A stretch of 64,000 bases of DNA from Kudoa neothunni (lineage: Eukaryota > Animalia > Cnidaria): the NCBI GenBank assembly GCA_964304625.1, contig OZ199840.1, positions 4,676,966 to 4,740,965 of the forward strand, written 5' to 3'. Below, piece after piece: positions 1 through 11,600 of the stretch. The notes under the pieces are model-generated. The model had not been told where the DNA came from and did no database searches. It was given only the letters and a program-made list of their open reading frames with translations. Position 1 is the stretch's first letter, and each line of letters opens with the position of its first letter. Both the position numbers and the translations under genes were made by a program.

Positions 1-8
1 TGTTACAG

Positions 9-1994
9 ATTTGCAATTTGATCTTCAAAAGAAACCTCAAAACACTCGGCTACAAACAAATCAATCGTCATTACTTTGATAATCGCAAGAAGATCGAGTT
101 CACCGATTATGGATTGGAAATTTGGCCTGGTGTACGCTCGTCGTTCTCATCGATTGGATCCAATTTGGTGTTGTGTTGTGATGTGGCCTATCATGTGGTG
201 ATGCGAGAAACCGCTTTGGATCGTCTCAAGAATATCTATAACAACCGTGGTAGTGAAGATTTTATCACCAAAGCCAAACAATCACTTATCGGTCAAGTTG
301 TGATGACACGATACAACAATGCATCCTATAGAATTGATGACATTGACTTCACGTTGAAAACCAACGATAAATTCGACCTCAAAAACGGTCAACAAATTTC
401 CTACATCGAATACTATAAGTCGCGCTACAACTTGGATATCACCGATCATGGCCAACCAATATTGATAAGTTTCCCAAAAAAAAAGAGAGAACCAAACAAG
501 AAGGGAGAAACTGGATTGAAATCATTGGAGGATGTACCAGTTCAAGCAGTTCATCTTATTCCCGAGTTGTGCTGCCTTACTGGAATGTCAGATGAGATGA
601 GAGAGAATTTCCAACTCACCAGAATGATCAGTGATCAAACACGTCTTGATCCCACACAACGAAGTCAAGTGTTGGTGGATATTATTAATTCGATCTACGG
701 CAACGATACCACCAAGAGCTATATGAATAGTTGGGGTGTGAAAATCGAAAACCGATTGATGTCATTCCCTGGTAGGCGTTATCCAGCCGAACAAATCTAT
801 GCTGGCAAAGATGTGGCTGTTGCAAGTCAAGATGGTGATTGGACACGGGCTTTACGTGATTTGCCATTGGTCTCGCCGGCCAACATGTCCAAATGGATGT
901 TGGTGTATTCACGTCGCTCGTCGTCCGAAGTTTCCAACTTTGTTCAACAACTCATTCAAATCTCAGGCAAAATGGGATTCGTTATTTCACCTCCGCGTAC
1001 TGTTGAAGTCCATGCAACCAATGCCGGTGTTATCAAAGATGAAATCAAACACAATTTCAGCTCAAGCTGCCAGTTGGTTATGTGTGTTTTGGATTCCCCC
1101 AAGAAAGATGTGTACGATGCGGTGAAAAGACTGTGTTGTTGTGAGCTGGGTGTCTCGTCACAGGTGGTGCTAGCCAGAACACTCAAAAAGAATGGACTTG
1201 CTTCGATTGTCACCAAAATCGGCATTCAGGTCAATGTCAAACTTGGTGGTGGTGCATGGTATGTGAAAATCCCCATGCAAAAAACAATGGTTGTTGGTAT
1301 TGATGTGTGTCACGATCCCCAATCGAGAAAAAATTCCTATGGTGCTATGGTGTGCTCGATGAATGCCCATTACTCACGCTATTACTCGTGTATCACTGTG
1401 CAACACAGCCAAGGTGAAATCATCGACTCCTTGAGCGCCAACTTCAAATCCGCTCTCCAAGAATACTACAAAATCAACAAATTCTACCCCGAAAAAGTTG
1501 TGGTATTCAGAGATGGTGTTGGTGACGGTCAGTTTGGTGTTGTAGAAGGCTACGAGATTCCTCAGTTTTTGGAGAATCTTAAGGATCTCCCTGGAGGACA
1601 GGAAACTTCGCTTGCCTTTGTGGTGGTCAAAAAGAGAATTACTTCACGTTTGTTCCTGCCCGGCACCGACAAACTATCCAATCCTGGTCCCGGTACAGTG
1701 GTCGATCAAGGCATCACCAAAGCTGACTACCCCACCTACTATCTGATTAGTCAATGTGTGCGTCAAGGCACAGTCAACCCCACCAAGTTTGTCGTGCTTC
1801 ACAATGATTCCAAACTCAAAACCGACCACATCCAACGTCTCTCCTACAAACTCACACATCTTTATTTCAATTGGAGTGGTACCGTTCGTGTTCCGGCACC
1901 CTGCCAGTATGCCCACAAGTTGTGCTTTATCGCCAGCAACAGTGTCCGACATGAACCCAAAAGAACTTTGTCTCACTTCTTGTACTATCTTTGA
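9..1994 (+). CDS. piwi: Piwi-clade Argonaute, last exon (L1-PAZ-MID-PIWI); 5' exons lie upstream of the window
   Basis: Acceptor ttacag at 3-8 opens ICNLIFKR. PAZ motif TRYNNASYRIDDIDF...SYIEYYKSRY. PIWI motifs VGIDVCHD, QGEIID, FRDGVGDG, RVPAPCQYAHKL. The C-terminal LYYL* is typical of Piwi rather than AGO. Confidence 0.96.
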   Translation: MCNLIFKRNLKTLGYKQINRHYFDNRKKIEFTDYGLEIWPGVRSSFSSIGSNLVLCCDVAYHVVMRETALDRLKNIYNNRGSEDFITKAKQSLIGQVVMTRYNNASYRIDDIDFTLKTNDKFDLKNGQQISYIEYYKSRYNLDITDHGQPILISFPKKKREPNKKGETGLKSLEDVPVQAVHLIPELCCLTGMSDEMRENFQLTRMISDQTRLDPTQRSQVLVDIINSIYGNDTTKSYMNSWGVKIENRLMSFPGRRYPAEQIYAGKDVAVASQDGDWTRALRDLPLVSPANMSKWMLVYSRRSSSEVSNFVQQLIQISGKMGFVISPPRTVEVHATNAGVIKDEIKHNFSSSCQLVMCVLDSPKKDVYDAVKRLCCCELGVSSQVVLARTLKKNGLASIVTKIGIQVNVKLGGGAWYVKIPMQKTMVVGIDVCHDPQSRKNSYGAMVCSMNAHYSRYYSCITVQHSQGEIIDSLSANFKSALQEYYKINKFYPEKVVVFRDGVGDGQFGVVEGYEIPQFLENLKDLPGGQETSLAFVVVKKRITSRLFLPGTDKLSNPGPGTVVDQGITKADYPTYYLISQCVRQGTVNPTKFVVLHNDSKLKTDHIQRLSYKLTHLYFNWSGTVRVPAPCQYAHKLCFIASNSVRHEPKRTLSHFLYYL

Positions 1995-3917
1995 GGGCAT
2001 TATCGTGTTTGGTCATTGTTCAACCCACCTAATTCTTCGTCTTTAATTTTATTCTATCATTAAGATCGTTTGTTTGTCGTAATTTTTAAGCACTTGTTTT
2101 TTTTGTTTTCGCTAATTCTGTCTGTCGTTATGATTCCTTTTTTTATGCATCTCTCTTGATTTTAATCCGACTTAAGTATAATTCGATCTAAGTTTAGTGA
2201 AAGTACGTATAGATTGGATTAGGAGTATGTTTACGCTTGCTTTAATTACATTAGTTTTAAACTTGATTTTTTCGGGATGATTAAAAATTACCTGATTTTG
2301 ATGCTCGATTGTGCCATTAAAATTTTTATAGAATTGGGACTCTTATGATTGGAATTTGTATTAATGGTGTAATTCAACATAGTCCTAGGATTAGCAAGTA
2401 TCCGAACGTATTTTAATCGTTTTAATTTACCCTAGAATTTCTTATCTTTTTATTATTTATCGTTGCATCGTTTATTTGCGATTAAACGTATTCCAATGCA
2501 ATTATAGAGCAGACTCGACGGAGCTACGGCTATACTATACGCATTCTTTTTTTAAGCTGAGATACAGTTCTTGATAAAAAAATAAGATTTTGCTTAGTGT
2601 TTCATTAAATTTTGTTTATAAAGTATTTAAATATTTTAAAAATTGTAGGATCATGCAGATATTATGAATAAAAAATTATGAATTAAAACATTTAGATAAT
2701 GTGTAAATATAATAAAATCATCAGAAATACAATCTTTACGCCGTGTGGCTCCCAACAATTTGAGATTCATCAAATTTGGCACCCATTTTTTAATAAGTCT
2801 AATCACACTTGTTATATACACCGACGTGTAGGTCACGTGTAATCAAGAATAAAATCAAAATCAATATGCACACACAACGTTTGCGTGTGCGAAAATAAAC
2901 AAAAAATTCAAAAATGAAGTTATATTTTGACCAACTAGCATATTAAATTAGTCGAATATTATAAGTAATTTGTAATGAAACAATTTTTCTAAATTTGAAG
3001 ATTCGCCAAAAAATGTATTATGCGAAATATTGAGTCTTTTATAAAGCCTCGATACTTCTAGTTGCTATAAGTATTGCTTACGAGGCATCATAAAGGAATT
3101 CATGAGCTTCGTTGGTTATAACTTACGGAGATTTTTCTATTATATTTGCTCTCATAAGTACTATCTACTTTTCATTTTAGTTCAATATCCATATTTACTC
3201 TCCTTCAAGAGTTTTTCTTATTTAGAAGCAGAACCGTCGTTATCGTGTTAATACAACTAGTCCTTAATGCTTTTAATAGTATTCAACGCAGATCTTGTTT
3301 TTAAATCAAAGGTCTTGATTGTTTCCAGTTTAGCGTTTGGTTTATTCGCTATTATTTGATAATATTTTTTAATGCAACATTTAGAATACATTTTAAATTT
3401 GAATATATCAGCTACTGGCGTACGAGCCATAATTTTTCTTATAAAAAAATCAATACGCACGACACATAAAATTCATACAAACTATTAATAATTTAATTTT
3501 TCTAGCGTCAGACTGTCAGAGTGGGGTAATATTTTACCAATGTTATAAGGTTCATATAAAATAAGTTAACTTTTGTAGATATTGATTATGTTTAATTAAT
3601 TCCGACCATTAAAAGTGAAACAGATAGAAATAATTAAATATAGTCGATTCTAAAAATGAAATCTGTATACAGCTTGTGAGTAAGTGTTGTCAGGATTCAA
3701 AAATCTCGCGATTAACGCGCCCAATTACTTGGGGATTAAAATTTTCTCTACTAAAAACCTGTCTTTTTACCCATTGAGAACAACCTTGGACTCCACGAGT
3801 CCATCTTTTTATTAATTTTTAAATAAATTTTATTAAAAAATTGTTATATTTAATGTAACTTTGTCAGAATTTCACCTAATTTAAAGGAAGCATTATTTAT
3901 CGAATAACGTAATAAAA

Positions 3918-5150
3918 TGGGTAAAAGGTCTACAAAAATACTCAAAATGTAACCAACTTAACCACAAAATAATATAAAGGAGACATATGGAATCTATGGT
4001 TGTCCTCAAGGGGTTAATGGATTTTTCAACCCACATTATTTCCAATCTCTTGCGAACTCAGGAAATTCACTCTTTTTACACACAAATAAATTTTGTGGTA
4101 TTTAACTATAGAAAACGCTACAAGTTGCTTATAGAAATTCACAACGAAAAGTACACCAATAAATAATAAACTTAAGTTCAGCATGTGTGATAATCTGGGG
4201 ATTACACATTCACATGATTATATCAACGATCTGTTTTATAGTTGACAGTTATTTGGGGGGTAAATATTTTCTATGGTATAAAATGTATTTTTATCGTGGA
4301 AGTAGATAAAACTTTGGGAAAGATGTGATTTCACATACTTATGCAGAATCTCATGTCAATGGCCACTTATGAAAAAGATCTCTTGTTAGGTGGATATCAG
4401 TCCAAATTTAGAAAAATAGTGTTATTCGAAATAAAATTATTTGTAGTTATAAATTATAAGCTCGTTTGGCTAGAATTATACAAGAATTTTTATGAATAAC
4501 AAATGTTTGCATGTCGCGATGTTATACGAAGAAACGAATCTATTGTTTCATCTTATTAGTTAATTGGTATCTTACCAAAGGATTTAGAAGAAGAAAAAAA
4601 GTGAAGAAATACATTGATTTACCTCACAGGAAAATAAAAAGATTAAAAACTTATTTAAATTTTAGGTTTCAGCCTAACTAACAGTTAGTATTAAAGCAGA
4701 TTTTGACGGATTTGAATTGTTTGTAGGTGCTGCTCGAAAAGAAATAACAAGTAACATCTTTTAGAGTTAAACATCACGGGAGTGATACCTCAAAAAGAAA
4801 TACATTCACTCAATTTATCTATCGACAAGTTTCTCTATCATGAAAACAGTTTATTTAGTAGGTGAATGCAGCTCTAATTTCAATCAAAAGTTTCGGTATT
4901 TCCCATACCACCTAGTTTAGCTTTAATAATTTTGTGCGAGGATTCACATGATTGTAATATAGTGGGGTTAAACAGAGCTAAGAGGTCAAATCGGTTGTGT
5001 TGGTAACGATTGAATTTTAAAGGAAGCATAAATTGAGGGAGCTGTTGAATTTTGTTGGGTCCTTAGACTGGAAACTGAAAACATTGAATCAATTTATGAA
5101 ATCTAAGTTGTGTGCGAACGTGACGAATTTCAACGTTGGTAAGGAAGAGT
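3918..5150 (+). CDS. Possible small multi-exon gene, product unknown
   Basis: Series of short open segments flanked by ag/gt, e.g. IDKFLYHEN, VNAALISIK, ALIILCEDSHD, KHKLRELLNFVGSLDWKLKTLNQFMKS. I could not assemble a full model or recognise a family. Boundaries are approximate. Confidence 0.35.
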
Positions 5151-5658
5151 AAACTTTAAGAAAAACACATCAAATAGTTAATTACGAGTGTTTTACTTTG
5201 ATGCAGTTAGGTAACTAAGGGGTGTCCCTTTTCGTAGTAAACAAATACCCAATGAACATGTGTTCCACTGAATAGAGATTGAATGTGTCGGTGACGGACA
5301 CACATTATCCAACCTAAAAACATTCTTACACTTACACATGTGTAATCTATAGAAACAACGTTGTAATAGGTAACATTAACTGAATCGGGTTAGGGGCTTA
5401 TTCGACCCATAAATAGAACTCATGCGATTATGCATGATCGTTAATTAATAGAAAGCGTAAAGTTGACTTAACAATAGGCTTTGGAACACTGTTGAAAGTA
5501 GATTAAATCATCATTTTATAAACCGAAACCACAATCTTTAGAGTGGTGGTGGATTCTAAGAAGATTGTTGTTGACATATAATTTCATTTTTATTTCCATA
5601 AAGTGATTATACACAAAACAAAAGCTATTATTATATATGTTTATTAGTTTGTTGAGCA

Positions 5659-8600
5659 ATGGAAAATGGAGAACCCCAAACTAGCGTATACTCCAATCCG
5701 ACCACCTCAACAGACGATAAACGTAGAATAGAAACCTCCATCTCGCCACAATTCTATAAAAATTTTTGTAATGACATCATTGTAAGATTTTTTTGACGTC
5801 CAATATCGAAATGTTAACAATCATTTCTAGGAGGTCAACCACCAAAACTATCTAATTTTACCTGAAGATGACCAAACACTGGTCAACAACAAAAGTGATT
5901 AATTTATTGACTATGCTTTCTTTACATAGCGAGTGAAACAGATGTAATTAAAATCTCGATTTAGTTTATATGATTTTGTTGATGGAATACAGTTTCTTTA
6001 ATGATTTCGCCTCAAGAAATAGATTTGTAATGATTTATATTGAGATCTCTCACCAACCAATGATTTTATATAGTTCCTGTGGTTGAACTGTTTCCATATA
6101 AAATGGTATAGTGGGAAAACATTTAATTATTGGCTCAAAAAAAATACATGAAAATTTTCTTGTCGACGATGCTGTATATATTATTGTGTTTATAAAAACG
6201 TCCTATGATAGCGAATTAACTTTAGAAGTTTAATGTACAAATCCCACAGACATATAAAAAATTTTTTGGTATTTTCACCTCCTTAATTATTTGTTTATTA
6301 AACTTCTATAAATTATTTCAGAAAACAACATCAATGAAAAAGTTAATTTGGATGAATCTGAAATAACTAAAATATTGGAGGATTTACAGTAAATAGTCGA
6401 TTATGATTGATCTCTACTTTACTGTTACTTATAGAAAATACTTGCAAGAGGATATTACTCAATATATCCAAAGTTTTAGGGATGATTGGTCCAAATATAA
6501 AAGAAAATATATTGGAAAACTTTCTATTGTTCAACTCGGAGGTAGCTTCCCTAGCTAGAATGTCTATGTAGTTGTTGACCACACACCATTATATAGATAA
6601 AATAATTGAGCCATCCCACAATTATTGTGTAGACTTGATAATAAAATTCATTGATAATATGTGATTATTTTTATTTATTAGTATATATTTATTCCTATAT
6701 GATTAGGTCTAAAGCAGAAGTTTGTTACACGTTATCACCTGAGGAGCTTAACTTGTTATTAAAGTGAGTTAGAATTTCTAGACTTATCCCTTAAAATGAA
6801 ATATTAATTAATTATTTAATTTTAGAACAGTAGCATCCAGCGTTCTCCATTATCTTATGTACATTGAAACACCTATCGAGGTAATTAATGTGATTTAAGT
6901 GGACTAATTTCATTATTTTCTATTTAGTTAGTTACGAAAGTAATGGAAATGTTTCCCCTTAATTTTACAAAAATAAAAAAAATTCTATCTAAATATAAAA
7001 AGAACACAAAGAAAAAAGTATTTTCAAATCTTTGTCACAATTAATATTTTATTAGTTGGGATATTCCCCCATTTTTCTTTATCGCCTGGATTCTATTTCT
7101 CAGGCTAAGTATTTATTTGATGAAAATTGGTGATTTGATCGACATTAATCATATAAATTAACTCTTTTGTAGTGATGATCTATCCATCAATTTTAAGACT
7201 AGCAAGTACCTATTTTTCAGGAGATGTTAATTTAGTGGTTCGCGAATTAGCAGTGAATGTGTGATAGAACCTTCGATGATAACCTCAATTGATACTCAAG
7301 AACAAGTTTACTCTAACATTATCTATTGGATAAAAGTATTATTAATTTAGAAAAAAACAAGCAAGAAAACATCTGCTGCAGACATGATAAAAAGTTGGCG
7401 GGATAAAAGCCGACCAACTTCTGTCTCTTCATCAGGCGATAAATCTCGTCTAAGTACTTTAGTAAAACTAATAGATTCTCGAATTCTTTTAGAAAATTGT
7501 CCTTCTGTCTCCTATATAAATATCAAAAATAAAAATAAATTTTTAAAATCTGAATTCAATAGTCTCACCGATGCCGTAAACAAAACACCGGTCGAATCAA
7601 ACGAGCATATTTTGGCAAATCTGAACAAATTTAACGTGAAAAAAGGCCCTAAGGGATTAAAAAGGTGGTCAATCTTTGATTAAAGTCAGTTACTAAATGT
7701 TCCCCCTATTTAGAATCACACAAGAAATGAACTTTCCATCTGAAGCCGGAGGTGAGAACGTCTTGCCAAAATACAGCTCAAAGCAAATTCATCTTTTTAT
7801 TGTTTAGATGAGAATAGGAACTCGAACTGCATTCTGGAATGTGTGGTAATATATTTGATTTACAATTGTCCGTATAACCTTTTATAATTTTCTTTACACC
7901 TATAAAACAGAATAGCTATCAGGTAATTTACCACTTAGTGATTTATGATAAATGCCAATATCAACCAAAAAAATAAACGTATATCTTCTAGGGTCTCGAT
8001 CTCACTAGTTCAAACATTGTTAAAGGATCTTTTTCATCCACCTATCCTGAAGTAATCATACTAATGATGCGGGTTCTATATCTCATTCGTATCGTGTAGT
8101 TGGTCGCCTCCTTGAGTGAAACCGAGATCAACCAACAAGAGGTTATTCTTGGTATACTATAATGTTTTTTGTGGGGAATTTTTGTCTTACAAATCTTGAA
8201 ATTAGAATTTATAACAACGGAGAAAAACTATGTTCAACAACTGGTAATTTTGGAAAAGGTAAAGTTCTAGCATTTTATTTAATCATCCGAGTAAGATGAG
8301 GTTCATTTTGATCCTATTCAATTAAAATATTTTAATAATTTTATTATATTTATTTTTTAATAAAATACAAATAATAAATAATTTTATTAAAATTCCAGTG
8401 TGATGTGATAACTATAAGATGCTGAAATGTAGCAAACTTTCCATATCAGTGAACGTGCGACATTAGAATTTATCATCGTTTAGGCGGATTTGAATTTTTA
8501 TTCAGTGAAATTGTGGGAGCTTTGTCATTAATGACTTAAATATACTAAATTATGTAGATTTGAATACATCTTAAGATCATTATAATAATAATAATACATT

Positions 8601-11600
8601 CTTTCGTTGATTATTATAATTTTTTATCGTTAAAAGTCAAAGTTTTTGGATTTAGGCTAAATCAAGATAGCTGCTTGAAATACGATAAACTTCCGTCAGG
8701 TGTGACTGCTTATGCAGCGCAAAGAATTAATAATATAATGATTGTTATTATTTTTTGTTTATATTGCATGTTTAATTAAATTATCTTTAAAATTAATCTC
8801 TTAAGATGTTAAAGTATTCTTAATTCAAATTTTGAATTTAAATATACAAATAGGAATTTATAAAAGTCATTTAAACTATAAATTTAAGTCTAAACATAAG
8901 TATCCTATTCAAACAATTTTCACTTGCAGTGTAATCAACTGGTGAATGAACGAATTATTGGACTAGGTAAATAACATGAGACGTATCTATATGCCTTTTT
9001 GAAAATATGTTATACTTTTATTGAAATAATTTCACGTTATATTAGCAAGCATATTTATTCCGGTTTTCTGATTTAAAGAAAATGAATTTTAGTCGGCGCA
9101 AATTTTTACATCAACAACATATAAACATCCAGAAAAACAATTTAGATAACAAATTAAAAAGTATTTAGATGCTTTAAATGTTAAGAAAAAGTTGTATGCC
9201 AATTAATGCATTGGGGGGGGGGGGCGTAGGTGGCCGACCCCCGTTCTAATGCAATATTTTGGTTAATTTTAAAGATATTATATCACATAATACTACAAAA
9301 AATCAATTAAGATTTGAAATTAAAGAATAATTTTATACTCTTTTGGATAATAAAGCGAAGAAGATTTGATATGATGAGAGAATAGTAAATAATTGCATTT
9401 TTCTATTTAATAACCTGTTTTTCACATATTCCGTTTGACATATTCTCAAATTAACAAATTTATATTTATTATTAGCGTGAAACCCCAGCTATGCCCTGGA
9501 GGGGATTAACTTAATTTAAAATAAATCTCGAAAAATTAAAAAAATATTAATCCCTGTATATAATCCTGTGTTAAACAGAATATACCCGAAATTTGTTTAT
9601 AATATCATACTTTTGATTATTGTTTTAGGAGAAATAAAAATTTTAGTCTTAACGAAATACCCGTATTTGTCACATAGGGGAATTATTTAATTAGAGTAAC
9701 TTAGAAGAACAAAAATAATCTTTAAGTTTACCCGTCGATTAAAGTATTAAACGAAAATTTTGACCATATAATTGTCCTTTTTGTAACAATGTTAATCAAA
9801 ATAAACAATGATAAGTTGACCATCTTCACTTTCTCCTGTATTGGACTTTATTTTCATTTAGAAATCAAAAGTTTTTTCCATTCGTGCGGCATATTAACTG
9901 TATTAATTAACCCGTCGATAAACCATAAACCCACCAATCAACAAATATTTTTACAATTTTTTAAGTAATATAAATGTGGCAAATTCATATAAAAATAATG
10001 AACATTTTCCCTAGAATTAAACGCGAAAAGTAAATAATTTTTCCACATGAATTAATCTCCCCTTTGAATAACACGTGACTGCTTACCTGGCCGCCTTGGC
10101 CTACACAAGAAAAAACGCTATAGAACACCTGAATTAAGTTCGGATTGTAAAGAACTCTATACCACAGCTTTATAGTTGGATCACCAGCGGGAAATAAAAG
10201 TTACCTACGCTTATCTCTGTATTATCTTGAAAGTCACATACTCCTGTAATCTTATTGATGTTAGCGCTAATCTGCCTACAAAAAGTTTACACTACAAATA
10301 AACCACTTTGTAAACAACCAGCACGATACGTTATATTGTTGTAGTTAATTTTTTATTTTTCAAAGTATAAAAATAATCTTAAAAAGTTAAGAGGAAGTCT
10401 GTATAAGGGGAAGATCTGTGTGCACACGGACACCACGGCTTTATATATTAGGGTTAAAATAAACAAATTAATATTTATTATTATAAAAATAAAATTTACA
10501 TCTAGATAATCAAATGCGGTCCTTTAAAATAAGCGACTGAAGTTTCAAATAGACGTTTTATGTGTAAACACAGGCGTGCTAAATAATTTCGAGTAGAATA
10601 AATGATGAATTGAATAATTAATCCTCTTATACCATCAAAATAAAGAGAAAACACTTAAAAAATAATTAAAAACTAGGATTCAAATAGACACCCTTTTTTA
10701 CTCGGAAGTTACGCTTGATTTGATTGTATTCAGAAGTTTAAACAATTTTTTGACATTTTATCACTTCATTTCGTTATATAAGACAAGAATTTTTACATTT
10801 TAGCTGCGTTATCTGTTTTTCTTAATCTATACATAAGAAAATTTACAATACAACACATAATTTATTTTAAATTGATTTCTTTTGAATTAAAATAATGTTT
10901 ATTTTTTCCAAGATTTATATTTTATCATAAAATGTATATTAATGTCACGCTTACTATATCATTTAGATATTCCACTTAAAACTTCAACAAAATAATTTGC
11001 TTGAAACAAATATTAGACAGGCATTATTTTACAACCTGGAATCACTCTTAGAAATTCACTGTAAGTTGATTACTTGGTGTATGTGATATTTTAATTTGGA
11101 TCTGACTTTAGTCGAATTTGTCAAAACGTTGATCAACATCAAGGAGACTATTGTTCCACTAGAAGCATTTATCAAATGCATTAATTACATGGTAAGTTAG
11201 ACAACCTAAGATGAATTATCACTAATTGGAATAAATCGAATTCTTATTGGTTGTATATTTAATGCGCAACATTAAACAACTCCTTAAAAATCGATTTATT
11301 TTTCTGAAATAGTTCCTCGGACCCACCATTGAAAGGCTGAAACGAGGATATTCAAATTATTGTGCTCTTCAACAAGATTCTGCTTCAGAGTTGAAAATAA
11401 GAATAGAAGCCAAACCCGATTTAGCTTTATTCTTTAGTGTAATCAACCAACCCTACTAATGATTCAACTTAAATCATATTACATTTTTAGCATCATCAAA
11501 AATTACAATTTATGAAAAGACTGTCATTTATGGATATAAGAGCTTCAGTTTACCAACGAATAGTAAAATATCCGATACTTTTCAAATCTATTCTTCATAC

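Noticed and set aside
1-1994. Prokaryotic Argonaute defence system
   Set aside because: The motifs are eukaryotic Piwi, a splice acceptor precedes the exon, and the neighbours are spliced animal genes.
685-2046. Alternative-frame and antisense ORFs overlapping Piwi
   Set aside because: They are shadows of a relatively GC-rich CDS, with no recognisable motifs.
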